From: an uncultured Candidatus Saccharibacteria bacterium
GTDB lineage: Bacteria; Patescibacteriota; Minisyncoccia; Phycocordibacterales; Zambryskibacteraceae
Assembly: GCA_964364225.1 (NCBI GenBank)
Contig: CAYIKP010000005.1
Location: forward strand, 1-46,985
Direction: 5' to 3'
DNA: 46,985 nucleotides
Position numbers and translations under genes: made by a program. Shown piece by piece: positions 1-7,532 of the stretch; within the stretch, counting starts at the first letter, position 1; every line of letters begins with the position of its first letter. The notes under the pieces were generated by a model that was given only the letters and a program-made list of their open reading frames with translations, was not told where the DNA came from and made no database searches.

Positions 1-993
1 CGGCCAAAAGTTTCTAAAAATTCTTCCGGATATTACTTATGGAATGTAAATCAAAATGGAATATTTGATTTAAATAAATTGATAGTTGGCTCTCAGGGCA
101 CACTCGGAATTGTTACAGAGGCGGAGATTGGTCTTGTAAGACCGGCAAAAAAATCAAAAATGTTGGTGATTTTTTTGAAACATCTAGATAATTTGGGGGA
201 GATAGTAAATGAAATATTAAAAGGGGACCCTGAAACCCTAGAGTCTTATGATGATTCCACATTAAAATTTGCAATAAAATTTTTACCAGATTTGGCCAAG
301 GCAATGAAAGCTAAGAGTTTCTTGAAAATGATATTTTCATTTATTCCAGAGGCATTGATGTCTGTAAAAGGGGGTTTCCCAAAATTAGTTTTACTAGTTG
401 AATTTACTGGAGACAGCGATGAGGAATTAGAAAAATCTGCTGAAAAAGTTCGTGAATCATTAAAAAAATTTCACACCTCAACCAGAATTACGAAATCAGA
501 ACTCGAGGAAGAAAAATATTTAACTATTCGTAGAGAAAGTTTTAATCTTCTTCGTAAACATGTAAGGAACAAGAGAACGGCCCCTTTCATTGATGACATT
601 ATTGTTCGTCCTGAATTTTTACCAGAGTTTTTACCAAGACTCCGAACCATTTTAGATAAATATAAACTTTTCTATACCATAGCCGGACATGCCGGAAATG
701 GAAATTTTCACATAATTCCTTTAATGAATTTTAAAGAAAAAAAGAATAAAGAATTGATACTGCCTGTATCTAAAGAGGTTTATTCTTTGGTACACGAATA
801 CCAAGGATCGATTACAGCTGAACATAATGATGGAATAATTCGTACACCATTTCTGGAACAAATGTATGGAACAGAAGTCGTGGGACTCTTTAAAAAGACC
901 AAAGAGATTTTTGATCCACAAAACATCTTTAACCCAGGTAAAAAAGTTGGTGGATCATTTGATTATATAGAGAGTCATATAACTTCTGAGTAG
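1..993 (+). CDS. FAD-linked oxidase (GlcD/D-lactate dehydrogenase-like), 5'-truncated by the window edge
   Basis: Frame is open from base 1 (RPKVSKNSSGYYLW...DLNKLIVGSQGTLG); C-terminal motifs GHAGNGNFH, SITAEHNDG, KEIFDPQNIFNPGK. Confidence 0.88.
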   Translation, partial: RPKVSKNSSGYYLWNVNQNGIFDLNKLIVGSQGTLGIVTEAEIGLVRPAKKSKMLVIFLKHLDNLGEIVNEILKGDPETLESYDDSTLKFAIKFLPDLAKAMKAKSFLKMIFSFIPEALMSVKGGFPKLVLLVEFTGDSDEELEKSAEKVRESLKKFHTSTRITKSELEEEKYLTIRRESFNLLRKHVRNKRTAPFIDDIIVRPEFLPEFLPRLRTILDKYKLFYTIAGHAGNGNFHIIPLMNFKEKKNKELILPVSKEVYSLVHEYQGSITAEHNDGIIRTPFLEQMYGTEVVGLFKKTKEIFDPQNIFNPGKKVGGSFDYIESHITSE

Positions 994-1068
994 AGGTCGC
1001 GAAGGTGCCTATTTAAAAAGCGAGCGACAAAAGGTCACCAATGCTTTTCAAATAGGCACCTTTGCCCT
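994..1068. repeat. Long hairpin with conserved 27-nt core AGCGAGCGACRAAAGGTCACCAATGCT (copy 1)
   Basis: Arms gcgaaggtgcctattt / aaataggcacctttgc; core 1019-1045 is 26/27 identical to 5103-5129. Confidence 0.85.
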
Positions 1069-1126
1069 AAGTACACTTGGAACATCATGTTGCGTTTTTT
1101 CGGATTTTTAATATAATCTTCCCACT

Positions 1127-1780
1127 ATGTTGAGCTTATCCGTAAAGGAAAGAAAAACAGGAGAAAATGTTGATTCCTTGAGAAAGGAGGGACTTTTACC
1201 TGCTGTTTTCTATGGTAAAAAAACAGAATCTACACCTGTAACTGTTTCGTTAATTGATTTTAAAAAGGTTTTCAAAGAGGCGGGAGAATCTACTATTGTT
1301 ACTTTAAAAACAGAAACAGAGGAAGTTCCAACCCTTATTCATGAGGTGTCTTTTGATCCAGTTTCAGGAATTCCAGTACACGTAGATTTCTATGTTTTCG
1401 ATAAGACAAAGAAAATGGAAATTGATGTCCCTGTTGAGTTTGAGGGCGTTGCTCCAGCATTAAAAGCCGGACTACTTGTCGTTAAGGTTATGCATGAAAT
1501 AAAAGTTGAGGCTCTTCCTAATGCAATCCCACAGGTAATAATTGTTGATATTTCGAAACTTGAAAAGGATGGGGATGTTGTTTCCGTGAAAGATCTTCCT
1601 GAAATTCCTGGAGTAAGGTTTATTGATAACGAAGATGAGACCATTGCATCAGTGCAGACTCCTAAGGAAGAAAAAGAAGAGGTTCCAGTTGATTTAAATG
1701 CTATTGAAGTAGAAAAGAAAGGAAAAGAAGTAGAGGGTGGTGAGGGAGAAGCTCCAGCTGAAGAAGCTAAAGCAGAATAA
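1127..1780 (+). CDS. rplY: 50S ribosomal protein L25 (Ctc/TL5 long form)
   Basis: LRKEGLLPAVFYG, HVDFY, VPVEFEG motifs; acidic tail; TATAAT 9 nt before ATG. Confidence 0.95.
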   Translation: MLSLSVKERKTGENVDSLRKEGLLPAVFYGKKTESTPVTVSLIDFKKVFKEAGESTIVTLKTETEEVPTLIHEVSFDPVSGIPVHVDFYVFDKTKKMEIDVPVEFEGVAPALKAGLLVVKVMHEIKVEALPNAIPQVIIVDISKLEKDGDVVSVKDLPEIPGVRFIDNEDETIASVQTPKEEKEEVPVDLNAIEVEKKGKEVEGGEGEAPAEEAKAE

Positions 1781-1812
1781 CAAAATGTCCCGGGAAATCG
1801 GGACATTTTGTT
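1779..1812. terminator. Inverted repeat / probable intrinsic terminator after rplY
   Basis: aacaaaatgtcccg-ggaaat-cgggacattttgtt. Confidence 0.7.
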
Positions 1813-1826
1813 ATAATGAAATACTA

Positions 1827-3248
1827 ATGGTTTTAAAAAAATCAGTTATTTTATTTTTTCTTTTTTCTTGTCTTTTAGGTGGGTTATTTACCTTTTCTAA
1901 ATTAAATGCTCAAGAGCTTACTTCCCAACAAAGAGCGCAACTGGAAGCAGAGCTTGCTCAAACACAGAAAGAAATAGAAGAGCAGGAAAAGATAATTGCT
2001 GATTTGAAGCAAAAACAAAAGACTATAGGTGGCGACATCACTATTCTTACTGCACAAATAAAACAAGCAGAAGCAGTATTGAAGCAAAAAAATAGCGCCA
2101 TTAAAAAACTTTCTACCGAAATAAGCGCAAAAACTCAACGCATTAATTCTTTGTCGGCTAGAATTGATCGCGGAAAAATATCTTTAGCTGAACTTATAAG
2201 AAGAACTAATGAAATAGACACATATAGCCTGCCTGAAGCGGTGCTTTCAAACGATAATTTTTCAGAATTTTTTGGAGATTTAGATTCTTTCAATTCCATA
2301 CAAAGGAATCTTCAAGATCTGTTTTTTGCTATTCGTGAGGCCAAGACAGAGACAGAAAAAGAGAAAAAGACTCTAAATGAAAAGAAAAACCAAGAAGAGG
2401 ATGCAAAATATATTATTGAACAAAAAAGAAAGGAGGTTGCCAGAAATGAAGCTGAAAAGAAACAACTTTTAGCTGTTGTTAATAAGACAAAGGCTGTTCA
2501 GGATACCATTCTTGCTCAAAAACAATCTCGTGCAGAACAAATCAGAGTTGCTTTATTCGGATTGCGCGATGCAGAGGCTATACCTTTCGCAACAGCCCTT
2601 GAATATGCTGAGACCGCTTCGCGTGCGACTGGCGTACGCCCCGCCTTAATACTTGCAATTCTTACCCAAGAAACTAATTTAGGTAAAAATATAGGATCTT
2701 GTTATGTAAAAAATTTACAAACTGGAGAGGGGGCTGGTAAAAATACCGGTAGAATTTTTGAGCAAGTGATGTACAGCAGGACAGACAATCCAAACAGACC
2801 AAATGACACAATACCTTTCGAAGCTATTACTAGTCGATTAGGAAAATCATGGTCAATTACTCCAGTCTCATGCCCAATAGATCCATATGGGGATGGTAAA
2901 TATTATGTAGGAAGAGGTTTTGGTGGAGGTATGGGGCCATCTCAATTTATCCCGTCAACGTGGGAATCTTTCAAAAAAAGAATTGCAAAAGTTTTTGGTG
3001 TTGATGCAGATCAAGCCAATCCATGGAACGCACAACATGCAATTACCGCTACTGCAATTTACCTTGCAGATCTGGGTGCTTCTACTGGTACATATACAAA
3101 TGAAAGAACTGCTGCTTGTAAATATTATTCCGGAAGAACTTGTTATAGCAGTAGTGGGGGAGCTAATGCGGGCCTCACCTATGGTAATGAAGTTCTAAAA
3201 AAAGCAGAAGTTATTCAAGTGAATATAGATTTCTTGAAATCCGTTTAA
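1827..3248 (+). CDS. Secreted coiled-coil protein with C-terminal lytic murein transglycosylase-like domain
   Basis: Signal peptide from ATG 1827 (TATAAT 9 nt upstream), long heptad region, ALILAILTQET catalytic-Glu motif, GGMGPSQFIPSTW, ANPWN. Confidence 0.8.
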   Translation: MVLKKSVILFFLFSCLLGGLFTFSKLNAQELTSQQRAQLEAELAQTQKEIEEQEKIIADLKQKQKTIGGDITILTAQIKQAEAVLKQKNSAIKKLSTEISAKTQRINSLSARIDRGKISLAELIRRTNEIDTYSLPEAVLSNDNFSEFFGDLDSFNSIQRNLQDLFFAIREAKTETEKEKKTLNEKKNQEEDAKYIIEQKRKEVARNEAEKKQLLAVVNKTKAVQDTILAQKQSRAEQIRVALFGLRDAEAIPFATALEYAETASRATGVRPALILAILTQETNLGKNIGSCYVKNLQTGEGAGKNTGRIFEQVMYSRTDNPNRPNDTIPFEAITSRLGKSWSITPVSCPIDPYGDGKYYVGRGFGGGMGPSQFIPSTWESFKKRIAKVFGVDADQANPWNAQHAITATAIYLADLGASTGTYTNERTAACKYYSGRTCYSSSGGANAGLTYGNEVLKKAEVIQVNIDFLKSV

Positions 3249-3251
3249 TAA

Positions 3252-3282
3252 TCGCGAGGGGATTTAATTTAAAAGCGAGCGA
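3252..3282. repeat. Truncated left half of the AGCGAGCG hairpin family
   Basis: tcgcgaggggatttaatttaaaagcgagcga resembles 997-1027 tcgcgaaggtgcctatttaaaaagcgagcga. Confidence 0.55.
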
Positions 3283-3322
3283 GGTTGCAAGCACCATTAA
3301 AAGGGAGCCTTTTTAATGGTGC

Positions 3323-3350
3323 TTGACAAAAAGACTGAAGTGTGTATAAT
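3323..3350 (+). promoter_or_regulatory. Consensus sigma70 promoter driving the GC-rich RNA
   Basis: TTGACA (3323-3328), 16-nt spacer, TATAAT (3345-3350); the -35 box overlaps the end of the preceding inverted repeat caagcaccattaaaa/ttttaatggtgcttg. Confidence 0.85.
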
Positions 3351-3355
3351 GGAGC

Positions 3356-3734
3356 TGTACACTACCAGTTCGGGACCCCCAATCTTTGAATCACACCATC
3401 TGGGGTGAGTAGGGTACACACCGGCATGACCTGGTGAACAGGCTGTGTTGCCGAGTGGGTAGCCGAACGCGCTGTGGCACCCGCTCTGGTCCGCCGTACG
3501 ACCTGCGCGTGGTCTCAGTGACGAAAGTCGCTGCTGTATCGGCGGAATATGCCGCGTCGCCCGACGACGTGCGCTCGAGGCCGAAGAGCCTCGGTTCGAG
3601 TCCTGTGGACGCGGGCTTGGTACCAGCGTTCACGAACAAGTTCCTTTTTCCTCGAGAGCAGAGGATAAATGCATCGGTATCGGTGTCCGTGCCGATACGA
3701 CAGGGTCCAGGCGAAATGTCTGGGCCCTTTTCTT
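3356..3734 (+). ncRNA. Unidentified large structured non-coding RNA (~380 nt)
   Basis: Markedly GC-rich island between a consensus promoter and a terminator; many nested helices, a GAAA tetraloop, two possible loop-loop pairings; no convincing protein ORF. Confidence 0.75.
3702..3734 (+). terminator. Intrinsic terminator ending the ncRNA
   Basis: agggtccaggc-gaaat-gtctgggccct followed by tttctt. Confidence 0.85.
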
Positions 3735-3777
3735 ATATTCTTGCGATATTTGAAACTTTTGGTATATTAAGCGAGCA

Positions 3778-4074
3778 ATGAAAAAAGGAATCCATCCAGA
3801 AAACTATAGAAAAGTCTTATTCCACGACAACTCGTCAAAGGTGGATTTTCTTATTGGTTCAACAATTACTACAAACGAAACTAAGAAACACACAGACGGA
3901 AAAGAATATCCTTTAGTATCTGTTGAAATATCTAGTGCATCACATCCATTTTATACAGGTAATGACAAAGTGATAGACACAGCGGGGCGTGTAGAAAGAT
4001 TTAAAACAAAACAAGCGGCAGCCATCGGCCGTAGACCTACAGGCGAGGCAAAAAAGACGACCAAGAAGGCTTAG
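3778..4074 (+). CDS. rpmE: 50S ribosomal protein L31 type B (Cys-free)
   Basis: [38 protein letters not shown]; no CxxC. Confidence 0.95.
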   Translation: MKKGIHPENYRKVLFHDNSSKVDFLIGSTITTNETKKHTDGKEYPLVSVEISSASHPFYTGNDKVIDTAGRVERFKTKQAAAIGRRPTGEAKKTTKKA

Positions 4075-4092
4075 ATAGCTGGTTGTTTAAAA

Positions 4093-5073
4093 ATGACCCA
4101 TACAGATCTTTTGCGATATAAAGAAAATCCAAAAACTGCTTACCAGGCATCGCAGTTATCCGATTTACTTAAAAAAGAAGAGGAGGCGATAGAACTTTCA
4201 AAAGACCCTGCATTTAAAGATCTTGCAGACGAAGATTTGAAAAATATTCAAGAACAGATTGCTGAACTTCAAAAGCATCTAGATGAAATATTAAAAGAGG
4301 AGGAAGCAGAAGATGAATTTCCCAATGAAATAATTTTAGAAGTGCGTGCAGGAACAGGTGGCGAGGAAGCAGCACTTTTTGCTGAAGTGCTTTCCACTAT
4401 GTATTCAAAGTTTGCTGAAAAAAATAATTGGAGTGTTAAAGAAATTGATATTTCTAAGTCGCCACTAGGAGGATTTAAAGACGCTGCTTTTGAAATAAGA
4501 GGTAAGGATGTTTATAAAATTCTTCGTTTTGAAACTGGAGTACATAGAGTGCAGAGAGTGCCTAGCACAGAGAAATCTGGAAGGGTGCACACATCAACTG
4601 CATCTGTTGTTATTTTGCCAGTGCGTAAACATACAAAAATTGATATTAATCCTGCAGATTTAGAAATGGAGTTTTCTCGGTCTGGGGGGGCTGGAGGACA
4701 AAATGTTAACAAAGTCGAGACTGCCGTTCGTATAACCCACAAGCCAACAGGTATTACAGTGCGCTCGACGGCACAGCGTTCTCAAAGTGCAAACAGAGAA
4801 AAGGCTATGGAAATTTTAGTCGCTAAAATTGAAGAAGAAGCACGCTTGAAAGCAGAATCTAAATTGTCGGTAGATAGAAAGGGACAAATTGGAACGGGCG
4901 ACAGATCGGAAAAAATTCGTACCTATAACTACTTACAAGACAGGATCACGGACCACCGCATAAAGGAGAACTGGCACAATATAGATGAAATTCTAGCGGG
5001 AAATATAGAAGATATTGCAAATGAATTAGAAGTTAGAGAAAAAGCGGGTACTTTGGGTGAGGGTGAGGAGTAA
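4093..5073 (+). CDS. prfA: Peptide chain release factor 1
   Basis: GGQ motif ([11 protein letters not shown]), PxT specificity motif ([16 protein letters not shown]), RSEKIRTYN. Confidence 0.95.
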   Translation: MTHTDLLRYKENPKTAYQASQLSDLLKKEEEAIELSKDPAFKDLADEDLKNIQEQIAELQKHLDEILKEEEAEDEFPNEIILEVRAGTGGEEAALFAEVLSTMYSKFAEKNNWSVKEIDISKSPLGGFKDAAFEIRGKDVYKILRFETGVHRVQRVPSTEKSGRVHTSTASVVILPVRKHTKIDINPADLEMEFSRSGGAGGQNVNKVETAVRITHKPTGITVRSTAQRSQSANREKAMEILVAKIEEEARLKAESKLSVDRKGQIGTGDRSEKIRTYNYLQDRITDHRIKENWHNIDEILAGNIEDIANELEVREKAGTLGEGEE

Positions 5074-5081
5074 AAGATTCA

Positions 5082-5150
5082 GGCCAAAGTATTTCATTGA
5101 TGAGCGAGCGACGAAAGGTCACCAATGCTCCTCAATGAAATACTTTGGCC
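5082..5150. repeat. Long hairpin with the conserved 27-nt core (copy 2)
   Basis: Perfect 19-bp arms ggccaaagtatttcattga / tcaatgaaatactttggcc around agcgagcgacgaaaggtcaccaatgct. Confidence 0.85.
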
Positions 5151-5222
5151 ATAATATATGGATGTTGTTGCGGGCAAACCCTCCCTTTGATACTATACGG
5201 CTTACCCCATTGGGGATTTTTT

Positions 5223-5933
5223 ATGACAGGAACTAATACAAAAACAGTAGACATTGATCACCTTTCAAAAGCGGGGGTGCATTTTGGCCGTTCTCGCTCC
5301 AAGAGGCACCCTTCTTCGAAGGATTTTATTTTTGGCCATAAGGGAAGTGTAGAGATTTTTGATTTGGAAACCACTAAAACTCTTTTAGAAAGAGCTATGC
5401 AGATTGCTCACGAGATAGGGGAAAAAGGGGGACAGATTCTTGTGGTGGGAGGAAAGTCAGAAGCAAAAGGCGCAGTAAAGGACACAGCTTCTTCGGCGGG
5501 ACTTCCATATGTTGCGGGAAGATTTATTGGGGGCACCCTTACAAATTTTGTAGAAATAAAGAAGAGAATTAACCGTTTAGAGAGTTTGTCTGAACAAAAA
5601 GAAAAAGGTGAACTTGCTAAATATACAAAAAAGGAACGCCTTTTAATTGACAGAGAAATTGATTCTTTAAGAGAAATGTTTGGAGGTATTTCTTCAATGA
5701 AATCTTTACCAAACCTAGTTTTTGTAGTAGATCCTAGAAAAGAGAATATTGCTGTACGCGAGGCAAATAATTTAGGAATTCCTGTAATGGCCCTAGCTTC
5801 CTCTGATTGTAATATGAAGGAACTTGCGTATCCCATTCCGGGCAACGATGCGACTGATGCAAGTATTAGGTTTATAACAGACAAGATAACCAATGCTTAC
5901 AAAGAAGGTAGAAAGGTAACAGTAAAGGCATAA
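5223..5933 (+). CDS. rpsB: 30S ribosomal protein S2
   Basis: AGVHFGR, RFIGGTLTNF, IPGNDA; start moved to ATG 5223, downstream of a TTGCGG...TACTAT promoter. Confidence 0.95.
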   Translation: MTGTNTKTVDIDHLSKAGVHFGRSRSKRHPSSKDFIFGHKGSVEIFDLETTKTLLERAMQIAHEIGEKGGQILVVGGKSEAKGAVKDTASSAGLPYVAGRFIGGTLTNFVEIKKRINRLESLSEQKEKGELAKYTKKERLLIDREIDSLREMFGGISSMKSLPNLVFVVDPRKENIAVREANNLGIPVMALASSDCNMKELAYPIPGNDATDASIRFITDKITNAYKEGRKVTVKA

Positions 5934-5965
5934 ATTTTAAAAGAGTTCGGTATAATTAGCACATT

Positions 5966-6550
5966 ATGATTTCAACTGAACAGGTAAAAGAATTAAGAGA
6001 GAAGACTGGTGTCTCAATAATGCAATGCAGAAAAGCATTGGAAGAAGCAGGCGGCGATATAGAAAAGGCGCTTATCCTTTTAAAAAAGAAAGGCGCAGAT
6101 GTTGCTTCTAAAAAAAGTGATAGAACCCTTGGAGCAGGAGCAATACAGTCCTATATTCACGCCAACGGAACAGTGGGAGCAATAGTTGAACTCTCATCGG
6201 AAACAGACTTTGTTGCAAAAAATGAAGAATTTAAAAAAGCCGCTTATGACATTGCGATGCAAGTAGCTGCTACAAATCCCGAGTTTCTTTCAATGGATGA
6301 TATTGGGGAACAAGACAAAGAGAAGGCTAGTGAGGCATTTACACCAGAGCTAGAAGGTAAGCCCGAAGACATGAAGGCAAAGATTATGGAAGGAAAACTT
6401 AAGAGCTACTTTAGTGAAAGAGTTTTGCTTGAGCAGTCTTTCATAAAAAATCAAGAAATTACCATAAGGGATTTGGTGAACTCACTAATACAGAAATTTG
6501 GTGAGAAAGTTGAAATCAGAAGATTTGTGAGATTCTCAACTGGAGACTAA
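5966..6550 (+). CDS. tsf: Elongation factor Ts (short form)
   Basis: VKELREKTGVSIMQCRKAL, ETDFVAKN; follows rpsB. Confidence 0.96.
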   Translation: MISTEQVKELREKTGVSIMQCRKALEEAGGDIEKALILLKKKGADVASKKSDRTLGAGAIQSYIHANGTVGAIVELSSETDFVAKNEEFKKAAYDIAMQVAATNPEFLSMDDIGEQDKEKASEAFTPELEGKPEDMKAKIMEGKLKSYFSERVLLEQSFIKNQEITIRDLVNSLIQKFGEKVEIRRFVRFSTGD

Positions 6551-6551
6551 C

Positions 6552-6944
6552 ATGATCACTTACATTTTTTACGGATCACTAATAGGCATGATTGGTATGC
6601 TTGCTGTAAAAATGTATGAAGTTAAAAGAAGACGCCGTAGCCTTGTTTATCATCTTTTTGTTCAGTTTGATGAATTTACACACGGCATATTAGCTAAAGT
6701 TTTGGGCTCAATTCGTTTTAGAAAAGAGAAAGTAGAGATTTTCTTAAAGAATGATCTTCGTGCAATCACTTATCAAACAATAGTTAAAATGATTGCTCAT
6801 GGAAGGGGTGCATATGATAATATTCGGAAGTCTGCCCGCGGAGTTCAGAAATTAAAGGATAATCCCAAGGTTTCAGCATTCCTCCGTGATATTGAAGAGG
6901 CCAAAAAAGAAATTGGCGATAAACAGGGAGAAATAATAGAATAG
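6552..6944 (+). CDS. Hypothetical protein with N-terminal membrane anchor
   Basis: Coupled to tsf; hydrophobic N-terminus followed by a basic stretch. Confidence 0.7.
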   Translation: MITYIFYGSLIGMIGMLAVKMYEVKRRRRSLVYHLFVQFDEFTHGILAKVLGSIRFRKEKVEIFLKNDLRAITYQTIVKMIAHGRGAYDNIRKSARGVQKLKDNPKVSAFLRDIEEAKKEIGDKQGEIIE

Positions 6945-6950
6945 TCAAAC

Positions 6951-7023
6951 GCCACCTTAGCTCAGTTGGTAGAGCAATACTTTTGTAAAGTATAGGTCGT
7001 CGGTTCAAGCCCGACAGGTGGCT
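6951..7023 (+). tRNA. tRNA-Thr (anticodon TGT)
   Basis: Acceptor GCCACCT/AGGTGGC, D-arm GCTCAGTTGGTAGAGC, anticodon loop TTTGTAA, T-loop GGTTCAAGCCC. Confidence 0.95.
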
Positions 7024-7085
7024 CCGAGTGAGGGTCGTGAGAAATAAATTTATCATGACCGAACGAGGACCAACCTGTATGTAAT

Positions 7086-7098
7086 ACAGGTGGCTCCA
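7086..7098 (+). repeat. Direct repeat of the tRNA-Thr 3' end (att-like)
   Basis: acaggtggctcc at 7014-7025 is repeated at 7086-7097 (+A gives CCA); a shorter gtggctc is at 7361-7367. Confidence 0.7.
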
Positions 7099-7106
7099 GT
7101 AATTAA

Positions 7107-7361
7107 ATGACAAAAAAGATAAATAGAATCGATTTTAGCTCAGAAGAAATAAGAACCAAATATATAAAAGAGGTTATTGGTTTTTTTCAAAAGGAAAGAA
7201 ATGAACTAATTGGCATTATAGCGGCTGGAGAGATTTTAGATTTTTTTCTAAATACAGCTGGCAAAGAGGTTTATAAAATGGCAATAGGGGATGCGAAAAA
7301 ATTACTCAAGGAAAGAATGGAGGATTTAGAAATCAATTTAGATATCCTTTCTCCTAAATAG
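7107..7361 (+). CDS. Small protein, DUF2164-like
   Basis: Recalled pattern FFQKERNELIGIIAAGEILDFF...VYKMAIGDA; lies between tRNA 3'-end repeats. Confidence 0.7.
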   Translation: MTKKINRIDFSSEEIRTKYIKEVIGFFQKERNELIGIIAAGEILDFFLNTAGKEVYKMAIGDAKKLLKERMEDLEINLDILSPK

Positions 7362-7400
7362 TGGCTCAAATACCCATATTCTGGTAGTGTTTTATCCTCT

Positions 7401-7532
7401 ATGGATCCCGTTAGAAACCGCGGTCGCAGTTTAGTAGGTAAGCTAGCAGATAGCTTAGAATTTTATGTATAAAACACAACAAAACGACATTATAAAAAGT
7501 GAAAGACCGCGACCTGTTTCTAACGGGATGGA
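7401..7532 (+). mobile_element. Start-codon-inserted hairpin element E1 (127 nt, ATGGA direct repeats)
   Basis: ATGGA-TCCCGTTAGAAACCGCGGTC ... GACCGCG-ACCT-GTTTCTAACGGG-ATGGA; terminal inverted repeats; 23-codon uORF from the first ATG. Confidence 0.75.

Noticed and set aside
3351-3640. GC-rich RNA as tmRNA, RNase P RNA or tRNA (contains GGTTCGAGTCC and GGACGCGGG)
   Set aside because: No acceptor stem or CCA end, no cloverleaf, no RNase P P4 consensus; the fragments are in the wrong order for tmRNA. An Rfam search is still needed.
3391-3781. ORFs 3434-3781 (+) and 3391-3639 (-) as proteins
   Set aside because: No SD or leaderless context and no recognisable motifs; the + ORF runs through a terminator and the rpmE promoter. 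Open frames are expected in GC-rich structured RNA.
5145-5222. 26-aa N-terminal extension of RpsB; similar extensions at 1737, 14548, 19619, 21103, 22444 and 40848
   Set aside because: They overlap promoters, hairpins or upstream genes; downstream ATGs fit the family N-termini or the promoter/SD positions.
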